From the NCBI GenBank assembly GCA_964537875.1, contig CAZIDN010000006.1, positions 30,874-94,873 of the forward strand: a stretch of 64,000 bases of DNA, written 5' to 3'. This DNA comes from an uncultured Eubacteriales bacterium. GTDB taxonomy: Bacteria; Acidobacteriota; Aminicenantia; Aminicenantales; UBA4085. The translations under genes and the position numbers were made by a program. How positions within the stretch are numbered: the stretch's first letter is position 1; each line of letters starts with the position of its first letter. Shown here piece after piece: positions 37,611 to 47,558 of this stretch. The notes below the pieces were generated by a model, which worked only from the letters and a program-made list of their open reading frames with translations, had not been told where the DNA came from and did not search any database.

Positions 37611-38936
37611 ATGGATGACAAAAAGTCTTCCCTGAGGAAGCTCAGCCTGTTTGATGCGGCCATGATTTCGAGCGGGGCGATGATCGGGGCCGGCATCTTC
37701 ATGAATTCCTCGGAGAGCGCTAAATTCCTGCAGTCGTCCTCCCAGCTGCTTTTCGTCTGGATCATCGGCGGCGTCATCGCCTTTCTCGGCGGGCTGTGTT
37801 TTGCCGAGCTGGGGGCCATGTTTCCCCAGTCCGGAGGGCAGGTCGTCTACCTGGACCGCGCTTTTTCCCCCTGGCTCGGGTTTCTCTTCGGGTGGACGCT
37901 CTTCAGCACGATCCAGACAGGGGCGATCGCCGCCGTCTCCTACACCTGCGCCCGCTTTATAAGCCGATTCGTGCCGATGAAGAATCTCTGGATCAGCCTG
38001 CTTGCCGCGGGCATCATCTGGCTTCTCTCGTTCGTAAACTTTTTGGGGATTAAGCCCGGAAGTCTCGTCCAAAATGTCTTTACGACGCTGAAAATCCTGG
38101 CCCTCATGGCCTTGATCGGCGTAGGAATTCTCTGGTTCAAGGCTCCCCACTTGTCCCTCGGCCCTCTGTTTCCCGACGGGGTTCATTTGAAAATATTGAG
38201 CGCCATGGGGCTGGCCCTGATGCCGGCCTTGTTTTCCTACGGCGGCTGGCAGAATCTCAATTTTGTGGCCGGCGAAGTGAAGAATCCCTCCCGCACCATG
38301 CCCCTGGCCATCATCTCGGGGGTCGGCCTCGTCGTAGCCGTCTATGTCCTGTCCAATGTCGTCTATGTCAAAGCCCTTCCGCTGGCCGAGATCAGCGGCT
38401 CGACAAAGCTGGCCTCGGATGCCTTCGAAGCCATGGTCGGTCCATGGGGAGCGAAGTTCGTCTCGGCGGCCATCATCGTTTCCACCTTCGGGATCACGAA
38501 TGTGTTCATCCTGACGGGGGCGCGGGTCTATCAAGTCATGGCCCAGTCCGGGGCATTCCTGCCGGTGGCCGCCCGGCTCCATCCCCGCACCGAGACTCCC
38601 TATGTGGCCATTTTTCTCCAGGCGGCTTGGGCTTCTTGTCTTCTCGGGACCAACACCTACGGCCAGCTCCTCCAATATGTGACCTTCGGCGACTGGATCT
38701 TCTTCGGCCTGACGGCGCTGGCTTTGATCGTGCTCCGGAAAAAGATGCCGGATGCGACGCGGCCCTATCGGGCCTGGGGATATCCGGTGGTCCCGCTTGC
38801 CTTCTTTCTCATATCGGCGGCGGTCGTCATCAACGTCTTTGCCAGCTCGTTCGTCAAATCCCTGATCGGGACGGCGATCATCCTGGCCGGGCTGCCCTTG
38901 TATTATATTTCCTGGAAGAAGAAAAACGCTCATTGA
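37611..38936 (+). CDS. Amino acid permease (APC superfamily)
   Basis: 12 TM; N-terminal LSLFDAAMISSGAMIGAGIF APC signature. Confidence 0.8.
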   Translation: MDDKKSSLRKLSLFDAAMISSGAMIGAGIFMNSSESAKFLQSSSQLLFVWIIGGVIAFLGGLCFAELGAMFPQSGGQVVYLDRAFSPWLGFLFGWTLFSTIQTGAIAAVSYTCARFISRFVPMKNLWISLLAAGIIWLLSFVNFLGIKPGSLVQNVFTTLKILALMALIGVGILWFKAPHLSLGPLFPDGVHLKILSAMGLALMPALFSYGGWQNLNFVAGEVKNPSRTMPLAIISGVGLVVAVYVLSNVVYVKALPLAEISGSTKLASDAFEAMVGPWGAKFVSAAIIVSTFGITNVFILTGARVYQVMAQSGAFLPVAARLHPRTETPYVAIFLQAAWASCLLGTNTYGQLLQYVTFGDWIFFGLTALALIVLRKKMPDATRPYRAWGYPVVPLAFFLISAAVVINVFASSFVKSLIGTAIILAGLPLYYISWKKKNAH

Positions 38937-38951
38937 TTATGGGCCGATCCC

Positions 38952-40316
38952 TTATTCTAGGTGGTATTTGCCGAGCTTGTTGTAGAGCGTCGTTCGCGAG
39001 ATGTTCAGGATCTTCGCCGTTTTTTTCAGGTTGTGATTCGTCACCTTGAGCAGATAGGCGATATATTCTTTTTCCAGGTCGTCGAGCGTCGACAAATTTT
39101 CTTTGTCGATGAAGGGCATCCGGCTCCGCGCGGGCAGAAAATCCCTTAGGTTTTTAGGCAGGTCGGCCAAATCGATGAAGTCTTTTTTCGAAACGAGCAC
39201 GGCGCTCTGGATGACGTTTTCCAGCTCGCGGATATTTCCCGGCCAGGGATACCGGAGAAACAGCTTCTGGACATCCCGGCAGACGCCTTTGACGGATTTG
39301 CCATACGCCTTGTTGGAGTTGTGGAGAAAATGCCGGACGAGTAGGGGAATGTCTTCCGACCTCTCTCGGAGCGGAGGGAGATGGATCTCCACGCGGTTCA
39401 GCCGGTGATAGAGGTCTTCCCGGAAAGCGTTCTGTTTGATGGCCGCGGCCAGGTTTCGGTTGGAGGCGGCCATGATCCGGACATGGACGTATTTCACTTC
39501 GTTCGAGCCGAGCGGCCGGAACTGGCGCGTTTCGAGCACGCGGAGGAGCTTAGCCTGGACGGGCATCGGAACATCCCCGATTTCGTCCAAGAAGATCGTA
39601 CCCTCATGGGCGTCGTCGAACAGGCCGCGCTTGTTCCGGTCGGCTCCGGTAAAAGCGCCGCGGACATAGCCGAAGAGCTCGGATTCAAAGAGGCTTTCCG
39701 GGATCGAGGCGCAGTCGCATATGACGAGCTTACGGTTTTCGACTCCGCTTAGGTCGTGAATAGCGCGGGCCACCATCTCTTTCCCCGTGCCGGTCTCGCC
39801 CGTGATCAGGACGCTCGTGAAATATCGGGCGATGTTTTCGATCAGGCCGAAGATCTCGAGCATATATGGATTTTTGCTGGTCATGCCCTGAAAGACGTAT
39901 TTTTTTTCCAGCCTTTTTTCGAGAAGAAAGGTCTCGCGCCGCAGCTCCCGTTTTTCGAAGGCTTTTTTGAGGGCTTCGTGGATCGTTTCGATTTCGAGCG
40001 GCTTGACCAGGTAGTCTGTCGCGCCCTGATGGATCCAGTCCAGGACCTCTTCGGGGTGGAGGGGGCCGCCGATCATGACGACGTGAAGGAGGGGATCGAA
40101 CTGCTTGAGTTTTCGGAGAAGGCTCGAGGCGTCCTTCCGAATCTCTTCAAAATCCAAGATGGCAATCCGGATCGAGCGATCTTTGATGAAATCCAGGATG
40201 TCCTGGCCGACCCGGCAAAAATGAATCCGGAAATCCGCGGCCACGGGCGAGGCCTTGAGCATTTCGGCCAGGGACGGCTCTTTTCCGATGATCAGGAGAT
40301 TTCCGGCCGGTTCCAT
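38952..40316 (-). CDS. Sigma-54-dependent Fis-family transcriptional activator with N-terminal receiver-like domain
   Basis: Receiver-like N-terminus, AAA+ sigma-54 interaction domain (GETGTGKE Walker A; GAFTGA motif), C-terminal Fis HTH; likely start MEPAGNLLIIG at 40316. Confidence 0.8.
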   Translation of the reverse strand: MEPAGNLLIIGKEPSLAEMLKASPVAADFRIHFCRVGQDILDFIKDRSIRIAILDFEEIRKDASSLLRKLKQFDPLLHVVMIGGPLHPEEVLDWIHQGATDYLVKPLEIETIHEALKKAFEKRELRRETFLLEKRLEKKYVFQGMTSKNPYMLEIFGLIENIARYFTSVLITGETGTGKEMVARAIHDLSGVENRKLVICDCASIPESLFESELFGYVRGAFTGADRNKRGLFDDAHEGTIFLDEIGDVPMPVQAKLLRVLETRQFRPLGSNEVKYVHVRIMAASNRNLAAAIKQNAFREDLYHRLNRVEIHLPPLRERSEDIPLLVRHFLHNSNKAYGKSVKGVCRDVQKLFLRYPWPGNIRELENVIQSAVLVSKKDFIDLADLPKNLRDFLPARSRMPFIDKENLSTLDDLEKEYIAYLLKVTNHNLKKTAKILNISRTTLYNKLGKYHLE

Positions 40317-40494
40317 GGTTCCTGCTAATGTCCTATCGCGGAGTCTATCAATTTTGTCGCGCATTTGCAATCGGCATAAAACAGCCTGTTTTCACCGGCG
40401 GGCTTCGTTTCTACGGCAAAACACGGCTTCCGATCGACGGTCTCCAGAAAATCCATTTCCTACTTATCCACATCCCTCAGGAAAGATCGGAATC

Positions 40495-40557
40495 AAGAAT
40501 TTTTGCCTGTAGGAAAAATTATTAGCTAATTTTTTTGCCTGTCAGCAAATTTATTTT
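40495..40557. promoter_or_regulatory. Two direct repeats TTTTTGCCTGT(A/C)(G/A)G(A/C)AAAWTTATT in the 5' region of the sigma-54 activator gene
   Basis: aatttttgcctgtaggaaaaattatt and aatttttttgcctgtcagcaaatttatttt about 30 bp apart in an AT-rich 330-bp spacer; candidate operator or UAS. Confidence 0.3.
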
Positions 40558-40700
40558 GTAAAACATCCAATAACTTCTCCTGCTCTATTACAGCGATTCC
40601 TCAGATTCGATATTTTTTGGTTTACATAAAAAAGGCTGGATCCACGGAAGGAAATTGCCGATTATGTCGGCAGAAAAATAGCTGCCTGAAATTATTCCTG

Positions 40701-43700
40701 CTAATCTTTGCTAGTCTTTTTAACGGTTCCCGGCCTGCCCCTGACAAACTGGATGCGGACCCGATCCTGGACCTCTTCTTCGAAGCGGACGGTTTCGTAC
40801 TTTGCTTGGGACAGGTACTTAAGGTGGGCGCGGAGATAGCTCAATCCCTGCATGGATAGGAAATCGAGCCAGGCACCCCGGGCCGTTTCGTCCATGGCTT
40901 CCACCGTCTCGTCGACGAACGTGACTTGGGTCCTGGCCGAGAGACGGCTTTCGGTCGAAGAGCGCCTCTTGGCGTAAAGGTTGACGCCGTCGTAGAGCTC
41001 GAGATAGTCGAGATGGGGCTGCCAGCGGGCGGCCCAGCGGATGTAGCGATCGGCGAATCTTTTATTGGACTCCTTGAGCTTTTCGTTCGACTGCATTTCG
41101 GCGATGATGAAACTCTTCAATTCGTCGCCGGCGTCTTTGTATTTTTGGTAGAGGGGAAGGCTGAGGGCTCTGTAAAAGACATACCAGCCCCTGGGGATCC
41201 AGTAATCGCGGAAGAGATACGGCGAGTAATTGGAAAACTGCTGGACCCACTCGTGGGAGGGATATCCGTGGAGGTTGAGGTAGATGTCCGGCTGCCATTT
41301 GCTGTTCAGGCTCCTCCTCACCAGGGCTTCCGGAAGGATCGGCCGCGCGCTGCCGCCCATGGAGCCGACATCGATTCCTAGAGAGCTGTAGCGGCCGGCG
41401 TGGAGGCTGTGGAACGGCGTCAATTTCTGAAGGTCATAGGCCATGGCGGCGCCGTCGGGATTTTCCATCGGATGAAACACGAAGTTAATCTTGTTGATAT
41501 AATCCTGGTAGGTCTTGTCCGTCGCCAGGAGCTCGGCCAGCTTGAGAATATAGCTCGTCGAGGACACCTCGTTGGCGTGCTGACGCCCGCTGAGATAGAT
41601 CGTCGGCTTGGCTGCGATCAGGCGCGGCAGCGAGACATACTTGCCGAGCGGCTTGTAGACTTCGATCACGGGAACATCCCGGCCTTCATAGGATTTTCCC
41701 CCGATATATGTCCTTACGGCCGCGAATTGGGCCAAACGGTCGACGGTTTCCTGGACCATTTCCGGGGATAAGATTTTTGTCGTATCGACGATAGCTTCGC
41801 CCGGTTTAAGAGGCCTGGGGGCCGGCTTTTCCGCGGATTCGGCGGCCGTGATGGGAAGGATTTCCTCTTTTTCCATCTCCTTGCATTTCATCTTGAGCGT
41901 AAGGCTGTTGAGATTCGGAAAGCTCAAGGCCGTCGGCAGCAGGCCTTTATCCTGTAGATCTCTGTAAGAAGCCAGGATATCCAGCAGGGCCAGGTACTCG
42001 GCGTCCTTCTCGAACTCGAGCTCTATGACCAGACTCTCGATTTTTTCTTCAAGCCCGTTGTAGATGAGCGCCGGAACCTGGAGCGGTTTCGGCTTGAGCG
42101 AAGGGAAGGCGATCTTACGGCTGAATTCTTCACGGCCCTTTTCTTTCCATTTGATGATCATCTGGGGCGAAGAGGCCGTCCAGTCCTCGAATGATACTTT
42201 GACCTTGGGCCGTTCTCCTTCCGTGGAAGGGTGGATCAAGGGAAAGATATTGCCGGGCGCGGAAACGCGCGACGTGTCTTCAGGCAGCTCCTGGTCCTCG
42301 ATGTCGAGCTCCGTGATGCCCCTGAGAAAATCAAGCGTGTCGAAATAGAGCTCGTCATGGATGGCCTCCAGCGAGCTGATGATCTCTTCATCCAGCCCGA
42401 TCCGGAAATCCGGCTCGCTGGACCACAGCTCGACGAGCAGCCGCTTGAAATATGGTTGTTTGGAGTAGGTCGGCTCGCTGTTTGTTTTTTTGAGGATGTG
42501 GGAATAGACGGGAGCGAGAACTTCATCCTGGTAATATTCCCAGATTTTTTCGAGGTCGGATTTGAGCGAAACATCGGAGAGGACCTCTTTTCCCGCCTCG
42601 ATCTTCAGCCAGCCAGTGGTCAACTTCACCTTTCCCCATTCGGGGACGGGCTTGAGGTAGGAGATTTCGCGGATGCGCGGCGAAAAGCTCTGCTGGAGCA
42701 AGAGTGCGTTTTTCGCGTCATGGGCCGAAACTTCGTAAGTGGCGCCGCCCGGAGGCTTGAGCTCAAAATGGATCTTGTCCAGGGGGATGTTGAGGTCTCT
42801 GGCCATGATCTCGTCCACGGGATAGAGCTCCTGCAGCCAGCGCGCCGGCTCGGCATAGAACCTCTTAGGCTGACTCAGGTTTTCCTTCTCCTCGGCGAAT
42901 TTGATGACGATCTGGCCGACGGGCTTGCCTCTGAGCTGCGGCAGAATTCTTTCCTGCAGCCAGAAAAAGCCCTGCTTGTAGGCAGAGAGGACTTCGACTT
43001 CGGCCCGCGTTTTTTGGCTTTCCGGAAATAGGGCTTCGACCTGTTTTTTGACTTTCTGCCGGATGTCCGGGGATTCGCTGAGCCCCAGGCTGATCTTGAG
43101 TGGCCCGGCCGGGCTTTCCAGGGCTTTCAATTTTTCCTCGATGAGCTTCAGGGCGTCCTCGGCTTCCCAGGAAAAAGTCTGCTCTTTTTCAAAGATTTTC
43201 TTGCCGTCATTCAAGAGAAAGCTCTTGACCTCGAGCGATTCAGTTTTGACGGCGGCCGCCAGGCTCTTCTTCACATCCTCCTCGAATTTCGGGTTCGGTC
43301 GCGGCAGATAGATCTCGGCCTTGAACGATTCCATGTCTTTGTCCTTGAAATCTTCCAGGACCTTTTTCAAGCCCTGGGCGAGAAAAGCTTCCGCGCTGCC
43401 GTGCTCGCCTTTGAAAAACTTTTCCAGGGCCGCCGCGGCATCGCCGATCTGCGGGCGGCCGTCCTTGTATTCGTCGAGATAGGGAAAAGTCTGGTTGAAA
43501 TAGGCCAGGATTTTTTCCATCCCGATATTGTCTGCTGCCAGGAAGGCCAGGGCGCTGGACTTGTTGAAAGCTTTGGGAATCACCTTGGCCATCCCCCAGG
43601 CGTTCTCCAGGGATGGCGCCTTCAATTTTCCGATCCTCTGCAGCTCCTGGGTGAGAATATTGGAGCCGATCAGGATGGGTGCGACCAAGGCTTTTTTGTG

Positions 43701-44840
43701 CTCGATCTCTTTATCGAGATAGACGACGGGAAAAGAGGCTCCGGCCGTTCCGAGCATGAGCCTCGAAGAGATTTGGGCGATTCCTTTGATGTTCGAGCCC
43801 TGGGGAATGATCACCTGAGAGTCCAGGGAGTCGATCGTTCCGTCTCGATCGATATCGCCATAGACGCCCTTGGTCGTCAAAAGGCTGAGAAGGTCGAATT
43901 CTTTGCCGGCCCCGTCCGCTCTCGGCGTGTCTTTGAAGGACGGTGTCAGCATCCGTCTTGGAGCGCCCATGCGGGGGATGACAACCTGCATGTTCTTTTT
44001 CCCGTAGCGGAGCGAGAAGGTCAATTGGGCGCAGCCCGGGTAGGAAAGAAAATCTGTCCTCTGGCCTTTTTCGTGCTGCCGGCCAAGCGCATCGAAGGCC
44101 TTGAAAGTTTTTTGCTGGTCCTCCTCGTCCGTGAAATAGATCTCCACAGTCAGGTCCCTGATCTCGCCCGAGTGGAAGGAGAGTTTTTTGAGCGGGGCCG
44201 GGCTTTTTTTGGGAGGCGGAAATTCATAGAGGGCGGATTTGATGATGGTTTTTTGGAGACTCACGCCCTCGGCGGTCAGGAACTGGGTGATGTCTTTTTC
44301 GAGCGAGAGGAATGTCGCCCCTTCTTCTCGTCCCCAGATTTCCCAGAAGTACGGCCAGCGGAGGAAAAAGGCGCGGCCGGTCTGAAGCAAGGCGTCCTCG
44401 CTGCTGGCGACGAGAAGGATGCCGTTCTGGTCCTTGAGGGAAAAGGCGGCGACGAGTCCCTGGTTCGGCCCGAGCGAGGGCACGAGGATGTCCTCATCCT
44501 TGATGGCTTCCCTGAGCCATTTCACGTTCGTCCCGATGAAAATGGGATTTTCCAGGCGTTCGATGCGGGAAATATCGGACTCCCTTCTGACGAGGGCAAA
44601 ATCCTGGACCAGGCTTTCCAGGTTGGCCCGGGCGGCAATGTCGGAGGCCACGGCCAGCTCGGCGGCGTTGGCATTGTCGGGGATGACGATGCAAAGCGTG
44701 ATCTTATCGACCAGCAAATCGCCGTCGAGGTCCTTGAGGGCCTTGCCGAGCAGGAACATCTGGGAAAGGCTGGCTACCTGGGCCGGGAGCGCATGGACAA
44801 ACAGCAGCATGATGCAGAGCGCCACAAAGGTTTTTTTCAT
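40701..44840 (-). CDS. Very large secreted protein (1379 aa) with M14 zinc-carboxypeptidase-like domain
   Basis: Signal peptide MKKTFVALCIMLLFVHALPAQ. C-terminal quarter carries M14 motifs HANE (HxxE), NPDG and NLHGYPSHEW; the N-terminal ~1000 aa are unassignable. Confidence 0.6.
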   Translation of the reverse strand: MKKTFVALCIMLLFVHALPAQVASLSQMFLLGKALKDLDGDLLVDKITLCIVIPDNANAAELAVASDIAARANLESLVQDFALVRRESDISRIERLENPIFIGTNVKWLREAIKDEDILVPSLGPNQGLVAAFSLKDQNGILLVASSEDALLQTGRAFFLRWPYFWEIWGREEGATFLSLEKDITQFLTAEGVSLQKTIIKSALYEFPPPKKSPAPLKKLSFHSGEIRDLTVEIYFTDEEDQQKTFKAFDALGRQHEKGQRTDFLSYPGCAQLTFSLRYGKKNMQVVIPRMGAPRRMLTPSFKDTPRADGAGKEFDLLSLLTTKGVYGDIDRDGTIDSLDSQVIIPQGSNIKGIAQISSRLMLGTAGASFPVVYLDKEIEHKKALVAPILIGSNILTQELQRIGKLKAPSLENAWGMAKVIPKAFNKSSALAFLAADNIGMEKILAYFNQTFPYLDEYKDGRPQIGDAAAALEKFFKGEHGSAEAFLAQGLKKVLEDFKDKDMESFKAEIYLPRPNPKFEEDVKKSLAAAVKTESLEVKSFLLNDGKKIFEKEQTFSWEAEDALKLIEEKLKALESPAGPLKISLGLSESPDIRQKVKKQVEALFPESQKTRAEVEVLSAYKQGFFWLQERILPQLRGKPVGQIVIKFAEEKENLSQPKRFYAEPARWLQELYPVDEIMARDLNIPLDKIHFELKPPGGATYEVSAHDAKNALLLQQSFSPRIREISYLKPVPEWGKVKLTTGWLKIEAGKEVLSDVSLKSDLEKIWEYYQDEVLAPVYSHILKKTNSEPTYSKQPYFKRLLVELWSSEPDFRIGLDEEIISSLEAIHDELYFDTLDFLRGITELDIEDQELPEDTSRVSAPGNIFPLIHPSTEGERPKVKVSFEDWTASSPQMIIKWKEKGREEFSRKIAFPSLKPKPLQVPALIYNGLEEKIESLVIELEFEKDAEYLALLDILASYRDLQDKGLLPTALSFPNLNSLTLKMKCKEMEKEEILPITAAESAEKPAPRPLKPGEAIVDTTKILSPEMVQETVDRLAQFAAVRTYIGGKSYEGRDVPVIEVYKPLGKYVSLPRLIAAKPTIYLSGRQHANEVSSTSYILKLAELLATDKTYQDYINKINFVFHPMENPDGAAMAYDLQKLTPFHSLHAGRYSSLGIDVGSMGGSARPILPEALVRRSLNSKWQPDIYLNLHGYPSHEWVQQFSNYSPYLFRDYWIPRGWYVFYRALSLPLYQKYKDAGDELKSFIIAEMQSNEKLKESNKRFADRYIRWAARWQPHLDYLELYDGVNLYAKRRSSTESRLSARTQVTFVDETVEAMDETARGAWLDFLSMQGLSYLRAHLKYLSQAKYETVRFEEEVQDRVRIQFVRGRPGTVKKTSKD

Positions 44841-44960
44841 CCCTTTATCTCCTCGTCGTCGATCTCCTGTTCAGCCGCGTTCATTTTATAATAAAAACGC
44901 CGGGAATTGTAGATTAAATGGGGAAACCTCTCGACAATCATAAAAGTCTGGATGGGACCT

Positions 44961-45092
44961 GTCAGACACTCTTGGAGGGAACCCCTTTATTTGGGTTTCC
45001 CTCCAACGATCGCTTCGCTCTCTGCCTCCTTTCCATGGAGCATTTGGCGATGAATTCATCGGGGTATGCTCCTTGGAGGGGAGAGTGTCTGC
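44961..45092. repeat. Copy C: about 130-bp derivative of the self-complementary element, in the 5' region of the M14 giant gene
   Basis: Own closing stem gtcagacactct / agagtgtctgc enclosing the central hairpins (ggagggaaccc...gggtttccctcc; ggagcat...atgctcc around GAATTC). Confidence 0.7.
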
Positions 45093-45163
45093 GGGGCAGC
45101 ATCCGCGCCACCCATCCAGGTTTTTAGCACGAAATCGAGATGCTTAGCTCGGCTAGCTTCCTA

Positions 45164-45192
45164 TTGACGAGACTCGGCAGACGTTTTATAGT
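45164..45192 (+). promoter_or_regulatory. Sigma-70-like promoter for mscL
   Basis: TTGACG - 17 nt - TATAGT; AGGAGG RBS before the ATG at 45241. Confidence 0.4.
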
Positions 45193-45240
45193 CTTGGCAA
45201 AAGAGCGATAAGGATTTCATCGATCTGGAAAGGAGGTCGG

Positions 45241-45681
45241 ATGTTTAAGGAATTTAAAGAATTCGCCATGAAGGGGAGCCTGCTCGACCTGGCCATCGGC
45301 TTCATCATGGGCGGCGCTTTTGGCAAGATCGTCTCGTCCCTGGTCAATGACATCATCATGCCGCCGATCGGGCTTTTGCTCGGCAAGGTCGATTTTGCCA
45401 GCCTTTACATAAACCTGTCCGGGAAGCCCTATGCCTCGCTGGCCGAGGCCAAAGCGGCCGGCGCGGCGACGATCAACTACGGGCTTTTTCTGAACGTGTT
45501 TATCGACTTTCTGATCGTCGCGCTGGTGATGTTTCTCTTGATCAAGCAGGTCAACAAGCTCAGACGCAAACCGGCCGAAGCGCCCACCGTCTCGACAACC
45601 AAGGAATGCCCCTTCTGCTTCTCCGTCATCCCCATCAGGGCCGTCCGCTGCCCCGCCTGCACCTCACAGCTCAAGCCCTAA
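45241..45681 (+). CDS. mscL: Large-conductance mechanosensitive channel MscL with C-terminal CxxC-x13-CxxC tail
   Basis: [31 protein letters not shown]... is the canonical MscL N-terminus plus TM1; extra [19 protein letters not shown] at the C-terminus. Confidence 0.85.
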   Translation: MFKEFKEFAMKGSLLDLAIGFIMGGAFGKIVSSLVNDIIMPPIGLLLGKVDFASLYINLSGKPYASLAEAKAAGAATINYGLFLNVFIDFLIVALVMFLLIKQVNKLRRKPAEAPTVSTTKECPFCFSVIPIRAVRCPACTSQLKP

Positions 45682-45728
45682 ACAGGAAATCTTCGCCGCG
45701 CTTGCGCTTTTGGAATATTTTTCTGTCG

Positions 45729-47558
45729 TTATTCAGACAGGAGCGCGACGGCGACCGCCCCGATGCCGCTGTGGACGCCGATGACAGGGGCGACATCCAT
45801 GATATAGGCGGGTTTCTTCTGCAGCATCTCGGTGAGCTTTTGTTCGTACAGCCTGGCTCGCTCGGGGTTCTGGACATGGACGATGGCATAGCCCCAGATC
45901 TTCTCTTTCAGGGCGAACTCATTAGTTTTCTTGAGAATTTTCGCCATATTGCCTTTGCGGCTGAAGGATTTTCCGGCCGCCGATGTTTTGCCTTCTTCAT
46001 CCAAGGTGATGATCGGCTTCACATTCAGGATTTTCGCGATCAGGCCCTTGGTCGGGCTGACCCGACCGCCGCGGACCATGTATTTGAGCGTCTGAACATC
46101 GACGAGAATCCTAGTTTTCGGGATCCAGGCCTCGACGTCCTTCACGACTTCGTCGTGGGGAACGCCGGCCAGAATTTTTTCCGAGGCCCGGGCGACAAGC
46201 AGACCCAACGTGGCCGAGATGTGACGAGAATTGATCACGCTGATTTTCTTGCCGGGCATCTTTTCGGCGATTTTCAGGCACATATTATAAAAGCCCGTCA
46301 GCTTATCGGAGATGGTCAGGACGATGATGGACTCGTAGTGGCTGGCCAGGAAGGCCAGGAAATTTTGAACACCCCCCACCGGCGGCTGGGCGGTGGTTGG
46401 GACAACTTCGGCCGTTTTCATGAGCCCGTAGAATTGATCGGGCGTGATCGTGACCTTGTCCAAAAACTGGGTCTGGCCGAATACCAGAAGGAAAGGAACG
46501 ACATGGATCTGGCGTTCGTCCAGGATGGACTGGGGCAAGTCGCAGGAAGAGTCGGTGACGAGCGCGATTTTCGCTTTGGGAGCATAGGCCGCTTCATGCT
46601 GCTTCCGCATGTCCTCCGCTTTGATCTGGGCGATCGCGCCGTAGTCCTTGAGCGTGAAAAACAGACTGGCCGGATCGTTGGTGTGGACATGGATCCGGAC
46701 TTTCTCATCCGTGCCGGCGACGACGGCCGATCCGCCGTAACCCTGGACGACGCCCCGGATCGCGTCGGCGTCGAGCGACTGGCCGGCCAGGAGGGCTTCG
46801 GAGCAGTAGCGGTATTCCAGGGATTCCTTAGCCGAGGGAATGTGGATTTCTTCGCGGCTGGGGGGGCCGTCTATAATGGAGACCTTGGACAGCTTGCCTT
46901 TTTTGATGAAATGGACGATGCCCTCCAGGAAATCAACAAACCCTTTGGCTCCGGCGTCAACCACACCGGCCCGGGCCAGGACCTGGAGCTTGTAGGTCGT
47001 CTCTTTCAAGGATTTCTGGGCGGCATGCAGGGAATCCGATAGGAGCTCGGCGAAATCCGAGGTCTGGGTTCGTTTCTGATAGACGGCTTCGGCCCAGTCC
47101 CTGATGACCGTGATCATCGTGCCTTCGACGGGAGTGACGATGGCTTTATGGACGTAATGAACGGCCCGTTTGACGGCTTCGCCGAAGGCCGTTGTCGAGA
47201 GCTTGAAATCGTGCTCGGTCTCCTTGCTGACGCCGTGGATGAATTGGGCGAAGATGATCCCGGAGTTGCCCTGGGCGCCGCTGAGGGCGGCATTGGCGAT
47301 CGACTTCAAGGTAGCCTTGATCGAGCGGTTGACGATCGAGCCTTCGGCGATGGCCCTCATCGTCGAGGCCAGGTTTGTCCCCGTGTCTGAATCAGCGACG
47401 GGGAAAACGTTGATTTTATTCAAATAAGCCTGGTCTTGGATGACCGCATTCCCGCCGGCGAGAAAGGCATAGTACAGCCTGTTTCCGTTGAGGTAGTGGA
47501 TTTTCGTTTTCAAACCAACCTCAGTATAAACAATCTCTTTCCAAGAATCAAATGACAA
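45729..47558 (-). CDS. DAK2-domain fusion protein (YloV/FakA-like: Dak2 N-domain + DegV-like C-domain)
   Basis: N-terminal Dak2 motif (VADSDTGTNLA); C-terminal region with the full DegV pattern (LVTDSSCDLP...TAQPP...LKYMVRGGRVS...KPIITL). 609 aa. No separate fakB/degV gene adjacent. Confidence 0.6.
   Translation of the reverse strand: MSFDSWKEIVYTEVGLKTKIHYLNGNRLYYAFLAGGNAVIQDQAYLNKINVFPVADSDTGTNLASTMRAIAEGSIVNRSIKATLKSIANAALSGAQGNSGIIFAQFIHGVSKETEHDFKLSTTAFGEAVKRAVHYVHKAIVTPVEGTMITVIRDWAEAVYQKRTQTSDFAELLSDSLHAAQKSLKETTYKLQVLARAGVVDAGAKGFVDFLEGIVHFIKKGKLSKVSIIDGPPSREEIHIPSAKESLEYRYCSEALLAGQSLDADAIRGVVQGYGGSAVVAGTDEKVRIHVHTNDPASLFFTLKDYGAIAQIKAEDMRKQHEAAYAPKAKIALVTDSSCDLPQSILDERQIHVVPFLLVFGQTQFLDKVTITPDQFYGLMKTAEVVPTTAQPPVGGVQNFLAFLASHYESIIVLTISDKLTGFYNMCLKIAEKMPGKKISVINSRHISATLGLLVARASEKILAGVPHDEVVKDVEAWIPKTRILVDVQTLKYMVRGGRVSPTKGLIAKILNVKPIITLDEEGKTSAAGKSFSRKGNMAKILKKTNEFALKEKIWGYAIVHVQNPERARLYEQKLTEMLQKKPAYIMDVAPVIGVHSGIGAVAVALLSE

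Noticed and set aside
40517-40545. Possible sigma-54 -24/-12 promoter on the minus strand near the direct repeats
   Set aside because: The best candidates (GGCA-N7-TTAG and GGCA-N7-TTGA) miss the TTGC element or its spacing.
45606-47042. 478-aa plus-strand ORF antisense to the YloV/FakA-like gene
   Set aside because: Antisense artefact.
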